Shown here: positions 39,853-48,982 of the stretch, in pieces
Layout of the letters: every line of letters starts with the position of its first letter
How positions within the stretch are numbered: position 1 is the stretch's first letter
NCBI GenBank assembly: GCA_036231405.1
Contig: JAZAHK010000003.1
Location: 64,001-128,000 of the forward strand
Length of the DNA: 64,000 nucleotides
Source of the DNA: Nitrospinota bacterium
GTDB taxonomy: Bacteria; UBA8248
Direction: 5' to 3'
The notes under the pieces: generated by a model
What the model was told of the DNA's origin: nothing
Seen by the model: the letters and a program-made list of their open reading frames with translations, nothing else
Database searches by the model: none
Translations under genes and position numbers: made by a program

Positions 39853-40692
39853 ATGGAAGAAGAGAAAAGACAAGTTAGAGTTTCAGAAACAAAACAAATT
39901 ATAGCCGACGATTGGGACGATGCGACTCCCGATAACACCTGGTTAGATTTTGGATGTGAATGGGATCCAGACTATATGGAAGCATGGTTAACGGGGCATT
40001 GGGGGTTTTTTAAATCTGACGAGCCACGACACTTAGATCATAAGACAAGAGAAATGATAGTTGCAGGGGTTTTAGCCTTCCGTGATAGACCAGGTGCATA
40101 CACACACGCAAAAAATGCGATAAAACTGGGTGCAAGTGTAAACGAATTATTAGAAGTTTTCTCTGTTGCTGTCGCTGCAGGTGGTTCTCCAACCCTTATG
40201 GTGGGCTTAGATTCATTACGAAGGATTGCAAATGAAGATAGTAGTTATAGTCCTAAAGATAGGGACTGGAAATATAGTGTGAGAAGAGAAATTCAAGAGA
40301 TTAAAAATAATACATCTGAGTCTAGAGAAGAAAAAATAAATCGCATAACAAAGAAAATAGAAAATGACATGGGATATAAAGACGAAGCAATAGCATATGG
40401 AATAAATTTAGATCCAGATTTTTTTGAAGTGAATTCTAGGGTGTATTGGGGGTTTTTCGAAGGGAAAAACGGACATCTAGATCCAATTGTAAGGACGATG
40501 GTTGGCCTTGTCATTATGGCATACAGAGGCATGAGAGAAGAACTATACGAAAACACAAAAAAAGCTATTAAACTAGGATCAACGGAAATGCAACTACTGG
40601 AGGCTTTTGAAGTTTGTGTCACTCCAGGTGGATTAATAGTTCTTCACGAGGGGCTGCGTGCTTTGAAACGCATAAATGACGAAAAAAACTAA
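39853..40692 (+). CDS. tandem carboxymuconolactone decarboxylase (CMD)-like domain protein
   Basis: Two internal repeats DPD..WGFF..HLD..R.M...AIKLG...LLE.F.V...GG; no CxxC. Confidence 0.7.
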   Translation: MEEEKRQVRVSETKQIIADDWDDATPDNTWLDFGCEWDPDYMEAWLTGHWGFFKSDEPRHLDHKTREMIVAGVLAFRDRPGAYTHAKNAIKLGASVNELLEVFSVAVAAGGSPTLMVGLDSLRRIANEDSSYSPKDRDWKYSVRREIQEIKNNTSESREEKINRITKKIENDMGYKDEAIAYGINLDPDFFEVNSRVYWGFFEGKNGHLDPIVRTMVGLVIMAYRGMREELYENTKKAIKLGSTEMQLLEAFEVCVTPGGLIVLHEGLRALKRINDEKN

Positions 40693-40717
40693 ATCATTCA
40701 TATAGGACTCGCACCGA

Positions 40718-42274
40718 ATGTATGGAATCGCTGCTACACGTCCCGAAGCAGTTAATGCCGGCATGTGCATTTTAGAACAAGGCGGAAACGCATTTGATGC
40801 GGCAATTACGGTTTCCCTTACCCTTGGAGTTACTGAGCCCTTTTACTCTGGAGTAGGAGGGGGTGGAGTTTCCCTTCTATGGAATGAAAAAGAAAAAAAA
40901 ATATCCTTCATTGATTTCGGAAATGAATGTTCAAGTCAAGTTACTTCTTCTATGTTCGATTGTGATAAAGTTGGAAAACATCTGAACGACCAACACAATC
41001 GTGGGTATCTTTCCATACTGGTTCCTGGTTTATTAAAGGGCTTAGAAATCATTTATAGTAGGTTTTCCAGTATGGATTGGGAAACTCTTTTTAAGGATCC
41101 AATTAAGTTCGCGAGAAATGGATTTGAGGTCAATTCTTTCTATGAACTACAGTCAAAGGAAAAACGTTTCACTGAAATGTTAGAACAATTTTCCCATCTT
41201 AGAAAAATCCATTCTAAAGATGGAACTCTACATAAATTAGGTTCTTTCATAAAACAACCTGAACTTGCAGAAAGTCTTAATATAATAGCTAAAGAAGGAA
41301 GTAATGTATTTTATAACGGTGAAATAGGTCATATGATTTCTGAAGAAATGAATAACGGAAAAGGACCTTTGAGTTTCAAAGATCTCGTATCCTACAGAAT
41401 CAGGGAGCCGAAACCGCTAGAGGGAGCATACGATAACCTAAAGTATTTCACTGCCCCCTTGCCTTCCTGTGGACTGTTATTGATTCAAATATTGAATCTC
41501 TTTGAATTACAAACAAAAAAAATAAAAAATATTAGCGAATTAGAAATCTCTAAAATGCTTGCAAAAGCAATGAAACTTGCTTTTAAAGACCGATTTTTAT
41601 TATACGGAGACCCTAAATTCTTAGAAACTGATTTTGATAACTTATTAACTAAAAGCTATGCAGCAAAACTAATTAACTCGCAAAAAGAACCAGATGTTCA
41701 TATACATGATTCTGAAATAGGATCTACAACACACTTCACAATTATTGACAAATACGGAAATGCTGTCTGTCAAACCCAGACACTTGGTGCAGCTTGGGGT
41801 TCTGGAGTGATAGTTCCGGGAACTGGAATTCTACTCAATAATCATACAAATTGGATGGATCCACGTCCAAATAAACCAAACAATATTCTCCCAGGGAAAA
41901 GGCCTGTAGCTGGATTCGCACCAACATTAATCTTCAAAGAAAACAAACTACAAACTGCTATTGGAAGCCCAGGTTCATATCGAATACCTACTGCCATAGC
42001 CCAAGTTATATTGAATCAACACCACCTCAAAATGAATCTTGCAGATGCAATTAATAAAAACAGAATGCACTGTGATATAGGTCCTCTATATCTTGAAGGA
42101 GAACAAAATCGAAAATTAGAGAAGGAGCTTCAAGATTTGAAATTTAATCTATCACGCAAACAATATCCAAGTCACTTTTTTGGGGGAATACACGCAATAG
42201 AAAAACTAGGCAATGGAAAATTAGAAGCGTGTGGAGACCTTAGGCGAAATGGAACCGCCATGACTAAAATTTAA
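40718..42274 (+). CDS. gamma-glutamyltransferase family Ntn hydrolase (cytoplasmic)
   Basis: GGNAFDAA, SGVGGGG, STTHFTIID autoprocessing Thr, GILLNN, PGKRP. Confidence 0.88.
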   Translation: MYGIAATRPEAVNAGMCILEQGGNAFDAAITVSLTLGVTEPFYSGVGGGGVSLLWNEKEKKISFIDFGNECSSQVTSSMFDCDKVGKHLNDQHNRGYLSILVPGLLKGLEIIYSRFSSMDWETLFKDPIKFARNGFEVNSFYELQSKEKRFTEMLEQFSHLRKIHSKDGTLHKLGSFIKQPELAESLNIIAKEGSNVFYNGEIGHMISEEMNNGKGPLSFKDLVSYRIREPKPLEGAYDNLKYFTAPLPSCGLLLIQILNLFELQTKKIKNISELEISKMLAKAMKLAFKDRFLLYGDPKFLETDFDNLLTKSYAAKLINSQKEPDVHIHDSEIGSTTHFTIIDKYGNAVCQTQTLGAAWGSGVIVPGTGILLNNHTNWMDPRPNKPNNILPGKRPVAGFAPTLIFKENKLQTAIGSPGSYRIPTAIAQVILNQHHLKMNLADAINKNRMHCDIGPLYLEGEQNRKLEKELQDLKFNLSRKQYPSHFFGGIHAIEKLGNGKLEACGDLRRNGTAMTKI

Positions 42275-42378
42275 TTTACGTCCTTCCTTCAATTTAAACA
42301 AAACATAATGTTAAAATCCTTAAAGATAATTTTATATCTCTATCAACATTTTTTTATCTTCAAGAAGAGGTCCTTATC

Positions 42379-43362
42379 ATGAGATCTATGCGTGTACATA
42401 AGTATAGTGAATCACTTGAACAACCATTAAGTCTAGATGAAATTCCTAAACCAATTCCTGCCCCTGATGAAATTTTAGTAAAAGTCAATGCAATAGGGGT
42501 TAATCCCATAGAACTATCCATACGAAAAGGCTTTCCTAACTACGTTGCCTCACTAACATTACCTCATCTGTTGGGAACTGAATTTGCAGGAAATGTAGTA
42601 CATTGCGGCGAAAAATCTAAAAAATTTAGAGAAGGAGACATGGTTTTTGGTTCAACTGCAAAAAGAGATACATATGCAGAATTTGTAGCCGTAGATGAAA
42701 AAACAACGTCAAAAATACCTGAACAATTTAACTTTTCAACCGCTGCGGCTTTTCCTGTTGCATTTCAAACGGCTTGGCATGCACTTGTTTTTAGAGCAAA
42801 AGTTACCCCTGGAGAAGTCGTACTTGTGCAAGGTGGGGCTGGAGGAGTTGGAACTGCATGCATCCAACTAGCTAAAGCAATGGGTTGTATAGTTATCTCT
42901 ACAGTGAGTTCGAGAGAAAAAGGAGAATACTGTAAAAAAAATGGAGCTGATTTTATCATAAATTACAAAGAGGATGATTTTGTTAAAATTTGTAAAGAAA
43001 TAACAAATGACAAAGGAATAGATGCAATTGTTGAACTTGCAGCCTGTGACAACTTTGACAAGGATTTGGATGCAATTTCAATTCGCGGAAGAATAGTACT
43101 AGTTGGAATGGGAACAGGGAAAGGACCCGAGACAGTTTTCAAAGTTTCTCTTCTAATGGGGAAAAATGCCAATGTTTTTGGAATAACCGCAAAGAACCTG
43201 GGCGCTCAGATTCCTGAAATTAATGAGAAACTAAATTCTCTTCTTCCTCATACGAATTTTAGTATCCCTGTTTTCAAAGAAATGCCACTTGAAAACGCGA
43301 ATGAGTGTCACGAACTACTTGAAAGTGGGAAATTTACTGGAAAACTAATACTAATTCCTTAA
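42379..43362 (+). CDS. NADPH:quinone oxidoreductase (zeta-crystallin MDR)
   Basis: GVNPIE, GTEFAG, TAWHAL, GGAGGVG, GKLIL; no Zn ligands. Confidence 0.88.
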   Translation: MRSMRVHKYSESLEQPLSLDEIPKPIPAPDEILVKVNAIGVNPIELSIRKGFPNYVASLTLPHLLGTEFAGNVVHCGEKSKKFREGDMVFGSTAKRDTYAEFVAVDEKTTSKIPEQFNFSTAAAFPVAFQTAWHALVFRAKVTPGEVVLVQGGAGGVGTACIQLAKAMGCIVISTVSSREKGEYCKKNGADFIINYKEDDFVKICKEITNDKGIDAIVELAACDNFDKDLDAISIRGRIVLVGMGTGKGPETVFKVSLLMGKNANVFGITAKNLGAQIPEINEKLNSLLPHTNFSIPVFKEMPLENANECHELLESGKFTGKLILIP

Positions 43363-43383
43363 GATCAATAAAAGGATTCATTA

Positions 43384-43821
43384 ATGGAAAAACCCGATTT
43401 CTCCTGGGAAAACTTGAATATTGGAATGATTATTGGAGAACGAAAAATCACGCTCACCCAAGATTCTCTTTCTAATTACTGTAATGCTTTAGGATTACAG
43501 GAGACATTTTATAGTACAGGTTCCCCTTACCGAAATCCTATTGCTCCACCCATGATTTTTGTAAATGATTTATTAGCTATATATGATCAAAATTTCAAAC
43601 GATTTGGAACTATACATGCAGCCTTATCGTATGAGTTTTATGCCCCTATTTTTTTGGATAAGATATATCATCAAAAAGTTACTGTAAGCGACCTCTTTAT
43701 TAAACGCCAAAAGGGATGGATTATCAGTGAACTTATGATAAGAAATGAAGAAGAAAAAGAAGTCGTAAGATCCCTACATACATCAGTCCTTAGTCTTACA
43801 AGGGAACATCAGTCTAATTAA
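43384..43821 (+). CDS. hotdog-fold (MaoC N-terminal/HadA-like) protein
   Basis: PIAPP, IHA...EFYAPI; paired with the next MaoC gene. Confidence 0.7.
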   Translation: MEKPDFSWENLNIGMIIGERKITLTQDSLSNYCNALGLQETFYSTGSPYRNPIAPPMIFVNDLLAIYDQNFKRFGTIHAALSYEFYAPIFLDKIYHQKVTVSDLFIKRQKGWIISELMIRNEEEKEVVRSLHTSVLSLTREHQSN

Positions 43822-43834
43822 ACAGGAAAATTCT

Positions 43835-44263
43835 ATGAATAATGAACGATCATTAAATCCTAATGACTCTTTAGATTCGACCAGATATGAAATTGGTCAT
43901 GAAGAAATTAAAAACTTCAACCGATTAGTCACAGAAGGGAAAGATACCAAAAACATTCACACGGATGATGCAATTGCACAAAAAGCAGGACTTCCAAGAG
44001 CAGTTGCCACTGGAAGGCACCCTGTCTGTTTCATCGCAGAGGAAATGACAAAAGTTTTTGGAAAAGGTTTCATCGAAAACGGGAATTTAGACGTGAAATT
44101 TATAAAACCTATTTTCCCAGGAGATACGATCAAGATTAAGTTCGAATTTTATGCTAAGGAAGCATTTCAAGAATTCGAAAAGTTTACCTTTAATGTTTCT
44201 ATTAAGAATCAAGACGGAGAAACAGTTACAAAAGGAATTACTTCCGGAATTAAGACCAAGTGA
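43835..44263 (+). CDS. MaoC-family dehydratase
   Basis: NIHTDDAIAQKAGLPRAVATG, VKFIKPIFPGD. Confidence 0.8.
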   Translation: MNNERSLNPNDSLDSTRYEIGHEEIKNFNRLVTEGKDTKNIHTDDAIAQKAGLPRAVATGRHPVCFIAEEMTKVFGKGFIENGNLDVKFIKPIFPGDTIKIKFEFYAKEAFQEFEKFTFNVSIKNQDGETVTKGITSGIKTK

Positions 44264-44267
44264 AAAT

Positions 44268-46382
44268 ATGAAAAATAAACAGCTCAGCAAGCTTTTTTCT
44301 CCCAAATCAATAGCGGTGGTAGGAGCGTCATCAGATTTATATCGATTTGGAGGAATCCCGATTCGACTAACAAAAGATTATGGATTTGAAGGTAACATTT
44401 ATCCTATTAATCCCAATCATAGAGAAATCTACGGATTAAAATGTTATCCGAATATTTCTTCCCTACCTGAAACCCCAGATTTCGCGCTTTTCTGCACACG
44501 CAGGGAGAAAATCATTCCATCTTTGAAAGAATGCGCAGAAAGAGGAGTAGGAGTCTCCGTCGTGATGACCTCTGGTTTTAAAGAAACTGGTGAAAAAGGA
44601 GCAAATCTTCAGAAGGAGATGGTCGAAATTGCATCAAAATCAGGGATGAGATTACTTGGACCTAATTGCATGGGAGTAGTACACGTAAGAGCTAAGCTTT
44701 TGGCCACATTTACGATTTCAATTCGAGAAGATAAAAAACTGCACCCTGGCTCAATTGCTATAATAACTCAGAGCGGAGCAATAGGTGCTTGTATGCTTAG
44801 CTCTTTTCAGGAGAGTTCCATCGGTATCAGTTCCCTAGTAAGTCTAGGGAATGAATCTGATGTAGATTTTTCAGATTGCGCAGACTACTTCCTTGATGAC
44901 AAAAACACCAAAGTCATTTGCGGATATCTTGAGTCTGTAAGAAATGGGGGGAAACTAAAAAAAACTGCACAAAAGGCGCTAAGAAAAGGAAAACCTATAG
45001 TACTTTTTAAAGGAGGTTCTACAGAAGAGGGTGCACGAGCAGCCGTGAGTCATACAGCCGCTCTCACAACAGAAAATAAGGTGTTCGAAGCTTTCGCCGA
45101 ACAATTTGGCATTCAGGTTTGTCATTCATACGATGAGATTATTGAAACTGTTGAATTTCTAGCTGATAGAAAAAAAATTAAAGGAAATCGATTAGGTCTT
45201 TTAAGTTTTTCAGGAGGTTTTGGTTCTCTGTGTGCAGATCTTGCCGTAGAAAATGGTTTTACAGTTCCTCCTATTTCAGAAAAAACGCAAAAGAAAGTAC
45301 GAAAACATCTCTCCGAATATGCCCCAGTGGACAATCCAGTCGACTTAGTCTCTTTATTAGTTAGCAGGCCAGGACAGAGCCCACTCCAAGAAGTGGCGAA
45401 AAATATTATTAACGATCGAAATATAGATGCACTATGTGTTGTTATGGGAATATACCATCATGTTGGAGGTAAAATTGCTGAAGATTTTACAAAAATTTTC
45501 AAAAATTCCAAAAAACCTGTCTCGTTAGTGTGGGTATCCGGCCCTGTAAAGGAGATTCAAAAATTAAGGGGAAATGGAATTCCTGTTTTTAAAGACCACT
45601 TGAGAGCAATCAGAGGACTATCCTCTCTTCTTGACCTAGAGAGAAAAAGAGAATCCTTAGAAACTCTTTTCGATTTCGAAAAGAAAACAAATGATAGGAG
45701 AAAAGAGAAAGCGCGTAAATTAATAAGTTCCAGTTCTATAGGAAAAAATGGAATACTCCCTTTGGAAACTTCTCTAATTTTACTAGATCTATATAAAATC
45801 AAAAAAGCTGAAACAAAAATAGTGAATTCAGTAAAAGAAGCTATTCAAATTTGGGAAAAAAATAAGGTTCCGATTGCTCTGAAAATTCATTCGGAAATTT
45901 TCACTCATAAAACCGAAATTAAAGGCATCGCTGTAAATTTAGACAATGCAATGCAGATCAGAGAAAAAGCAAATGAATTTATGCAAATTTCAGAGAAGGA
46001 ACAAATTATAGCCCAAGAAATGATTCAAGATAATGGTGTTGAGATTCTTGCTGGCATTTCATTGGACAACAGTTTTGGATTATGTATGTCTATTGGTTTA
46101 GGTGGCATTTTTGTAGAAACGTTAAAAGAAATAACAAGAGTTCTCCCACCTGTTAGCCCAGAAACAGTAACTAAGTTAATAAAAAAAATAAAAGGGGCAG
46201 ATATTTTTGATGGATTTCGTGGAAACAAAAAACTTCATTTAATATCGTTAGCAAGGTCAATCTCAAATCTTTCTCTAATGGCTGTAGAATTGTCAGATTT
46301 GATTTCAGAGGTCGATATCAATCCAATAATCGTGACCTCAAAAGGTGCATATGCGGTAGATGTTAGAATTTTTTCAAAATAA
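44268..46382 (+). CDS. acyl-CoA synthetase (NDP-forming), acetate--CoA ligase family
   Basis: PKSIAVVGAS, GPNCMG, TQSGA, SLGNE, AVSHT phospho-His, HKTE, ATP-grasp DINP; start moved to the ATG after the upstream stop. Confidence 0.9.
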   Translation: MKNKQLSKLFSPKSIAVVGASSDLYRFGGIPIRLTKDYGFEGNIYPINPNHREIYGLKCYPNISSLPETPDFALFCTRREKIIPSLKECAERGVGVSVVMTSGFKETGEKGANLQKEMVEIASKSGMRLLGPNCMGVVHVRAKLLATFTISIREDKKLHPGSIAIITQSGAIGACMLSSFQESSIGISSLVSLGNESDVDFSDCADYFLDDKNTKVICGYLESVRNGGKLKKTAQKALRKGKPIVLFKGGSTEEGARAAVSHTAALTTENKVFEAFAEQFGIQVCHSYDEIIETVEFLADRKKIKGNRLGLLSFSGGFGSLCADLAVENGFTVPPISEKTQKKVRKHLSEYAPVDNPVDLVSLLVSRPGQSPLQEVAKNIINDRNIDALCVVMGIYHHVGGKIAEDFTKIFKNSKKPVSLVWVSGPVKEIQKLRGNGIPVFKDHLRAIRGLSSLLDLERKRESLETLFDFEKKTNDRRKEKARKLISSSSIGKNGILPLETSLILLDLYKIKKAETKIVNSVKEAIQIWEKNKVPIALKIHSEIFTHKTEIKGIAVNLDNAMQIREKANEFMQISEKEQIIAQEMIQDNGVEILAGISLDNSFGLCMSIGLGGIFVETLKEITRVLPPVSPETVTKLIKKIKGADIFDGFRGNKKLHLISLARSISNLSLMAVELSDLISEVDINPIIVTSKGAYAVDVRIFSK

Positions 46383-46392
46383 AGAGAATAAA

Positions 46393-46827
46393 ATGAGAAA
46401 CCGAATTACTGCTGAAATTTCATCTCTAGTCGGCAAAAAATATGGTCCTTTTAAGGTTTTCATAGAAAGTGGCGCTATAGAAAAGTTTGCAGATGCAATA
46501 GGAGATGAAAATCCATCTCATCAGGGACAAAATGCAATTGCACCCCCTACATTCCCAACAACATTCCGTCCTAAAGAACCATTCCCTGATTTTCCAGAAA
46601 ATTACGGAGACGTAGGTTTGCACGCTTCTCAAACATACGAATACAAAAGACCAATTGTTGCAGGTGATAAAATCGACGTAACTATGACCATTTCAAATAT
46701 TTATCAAAAAGATGGGAAATCTGGAGAATTAGTTTTTATGGAAAGAGACTATTCCTTCATCGATTCAAAGACTAACAAAAAAATAGGGAGCGCAAAATGG
46801 GTCACACTCCGAAGATTTAATAAATGA
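46393..46827 (+). CDS. hotdog-fold MaoC N-terminal (FAS1-like/HadA-like) protein
   Basis: IEKFADAIGDENP, APPTF, LHASQTYEYKRPIVAGD. Confidence 0.8.
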   Translation: MRNRITAEISSLVGKKYGPFKVFIESGAIEKFADAIGDENPSHQGQNAIAPPTFPTTFRPKEPFPDFPENYGDVGLHASQTYEYKRPIVAGDKIDVTMTISNIYQKDGKSGELVFMERDYSFIDSKTNKKIGSAKWVTLRRFNK

Positions 46828-46834
46828 GGGAAAA

Positions 46835-47236
46835 ATGAAATTTCAAAAAAATCAGGTAATGCCTGATTATACCAAAAAAGCCATAACGAAAGTTCAACTT
46901 GTAAAATACGCTGGCGCCAGCGGAGATTTCAATCCTTTACATTTTGATGAAGAGTTTGCGCAAAAGAGAGGGTTAAAAAAACTTATTGCACACGGAATGT
47001 TGTCAATGGGATTCCTTTCTGAATATGCTGAATCCATTTTTGGTGTCGGAAAAATAAAAAAAATACACGTCAATTTCAAATCAATGGTTTTTATAGGAGA
47101 AGAAATCACTTGCTATGGAATAATCAATTCCATAGACTTTTACAACAACAGAGAGTTTGCTTCATGTTCAATAGAAGCTAAAAATAAAGAAGGAAATATT
47201 GTGACTTCTGGATTAGTAGAAGCCTGGTCAAAATAA
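46835..47236 (+). CDS. MaoC-family (R)-enoyl-CoA hydratase/dehydratase (HadB-like)
   Basis: YAGASGDFNPLHFD, IAHGM. Confidence 0.88.
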   Translation: MKFQKNQVMPDYTKKAITKVQLVKYAGASGDFNPLHFDEEFAQKRGLKKLIAHGMLSMGFLSEYAESIFGVGKIKKIHVNFKSMVFIGEEITCYGIINSIDFYNNREFASCSIEAKNKEGNIVTSGLVEAWSK

Positions 47237-47255
47237 TTTTAGGAGAGAAAATTCT

Positions 47256-47999
47256 ATGCGATTAAAAGGTAAAAATGCAGTTGTAACTGGGGCTGCACAA
47301 GGTATTGGTAGAGCAGTTTGTGAAAAGTTTTCCTTAGAAGGAGCAAATGTGATCGCTGTAGATCTAAATGAAGAAGAAGGTAAAAAAACATCAGAAATTA
47401 TCCGTGAACAAGGAGGTTCATGTTCATTTTTCAAAGCAAACATTGGCAATCTTGAAGAGGTCGAATCAGCAATTGAGGAATGCGAAAGTCAATACGGGGA
47501 CCTCGACATAATTGTTAATAATGCAGGAATCGTTCGTGCAGCAATGCTACATAAAATGAAAGAATCAGATTGGGATGATGTAATCAATGTGCATCTCAAA
47601 GGTACTTGGAACGGAATTCATGCAGCATCAAAAAAAATGATCCCTCGAAAAGGAGGACGCATCATAAATGTGACTTCTGGTGCAGGCCTTAGAGGGACAA
47701 TTGGTCAAATAAATTATTCTTCTGCAAAAATGGGAATCGTGGGAGCAACAAAAAGCGCTGCGAGGGAACTCGGGAGATATAGTATTACGGTAAATTGCAT
47801 TTCTCCCGCAGCCATTACACCAATGACAGAGACAATCCGTACTGACGAGCGCTTTGAAAAAACATATCTCGATAGAATATGTCTTGGCAGATGGGGAGAA
47901 GCAGAAGAGATGGCCGCAGGCTTCCTATTTTTAGCTTCGGATGAGTCAAGTTATGTAACCGGAATTGTTCTAAGAGTTGACGGTGGATTAGGCATGTAA
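47256..47999 (+). CDS. 3-oxoacyl-ACP/CoA reductase (FabG-like SDR)
   Basis: TGAAQGIG, NNAGI, GQINYSSAK, VDGG. Confidence 0.88.
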   Translation: MRLKGKNAVVTGAAQGIGRAVCEKFSLEGANVIAVDLNEEEGKKTSEIIREQGGSCSFFKANIGNLEEVESAIEECESQYGDLDIIVNNAGIVRAAMLHKMKESDWDDVINVHLKGTWNGIHAASKKMIPRKGGRIINVTSGAGLRGTIGQINYSSAKMGIVGATKSAARELGRYSITVNCISPAAITPMTETIRTDERFEKTYLDRICLGRWGEAEEMAAGFLFLASDESSYVTGIVLRVDGGLGM

Positions 48000-48006
48000 T
48001 GTAAAT

Positions 48007-48819
48007 CTAATGCTTAGATAAAAACTCTAGTATTATCTTGCTCGATTTCTCTGGTTGTTCAGAGTAAAAGTGATGGCCCGATTCTTCAATAATCGATAGT
48101 TCAGAGCCTGCTATACGTTCTGTAATCAACCTTGAATTCTCAGTGGGAACTAGAACATCATTCGAACCACAGATAACGAGAGTTGGTACTTTTAAATTTC
48201 GAATTTCCTCGGAAACATCACACTCGTCCATCCCTTTTATCCTTCTCTCTAATTCTTCCTTGCTATGGGGAAATTTTCTTTTATTATCATCATAGAACTT
48301 CACTACTTCAGGTCTGTTATCAATCGTATTCGGATGAAATAGTGTCTCTAAGGCTGCTCTCCTCTCTGCAGGAGTAGCAGTTGGAACTCCCCCTTTAGCT
48401 CTAGTTTCTCTTACACCAGGATTAGGTTTTATAGCATCTTTGCCCCCAAACTGTGAGCATGCAATTATCAAACTTTTCAATCTTTCTTGATTTTTAGTTG
48501 CAAATTCCTGGCAAATCATCCCTCCCATCGAACCTCCAAAAATATGAAACTTCTTAATGTTTAACCCATTAACAAGACTTAAGACATCCATAGAAAGTTT
48601 CGCTGGAGATCTGATTTCATCCTCATTCAAAATTTTAGTTCTTCCACTCCCCCTATTGTCAGCCATTATCAAACGATATTTTTTCGATAAAAGAGGCCTT
48701 AAACGTCCCCAAACCTCAACAGTCGCCGTGAACCCTCCGACCATCACTAAAGTCTCACCTTCTCCTTCTTCTTCATAATAAATCTCTAGTTCAGTTTCAT
48801 CACATTTCAAAAATGGCAA
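48007..48819 (-). CDS. alpha/beta hydrolase (enol-lactonase-like)
   Basis: DNRGSG, GSMGG, GSNDVLVP, SGH. Confidence 0.85.
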   Translation of the reverse strand: MPFLKCDETELEIYYEEEGEGETLVMVGGFTATVEVWGRLRPLLSKKYRLIMADNRGSGRTKILNEDEIRSPAKLSMDVLSLVNGLNIKKFHIFGGSMGGMICQEFATKNQERLKSLIIACSQFGGKDAIKPNPGVRETRAKGGVPTATPAERRAALETLFHPNTIDNRPEVVKFYDDNKRKFPHSKEELERRIKGMDECDVSEEIRNLKVPTLVICGSNDVLVPTENSRLITERIAGSELSIIEESGHHFYSEQPEKSSKIILEFLSKH

Positions 48820-48879
48820 GGATGCACCTCCTAAAAAACTAAGTAAAAAAATATCTATAGAATCATATCAAAAAAAAAG

Positions 48880-48905
48880 AGTAAATTTATAATGATAAAT
48901 TTACT
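48880..48905. promoter_or_regulatory. long palindromic operator overlapping a TATAAT in a divergent promoter
   Basis: AGTAAATTTAT-aatg-ATAAATTTACT (11-bp arms); TATAAT at 48888-48893. Confidence 0.5.
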
Positions 48906-48982
48906 TTTTTACATCCTGAAGAACTGATAGAATTAGATTTCTTTCTTAAACCGATTTATATAAATCGAGGAAAGGCACAAAA

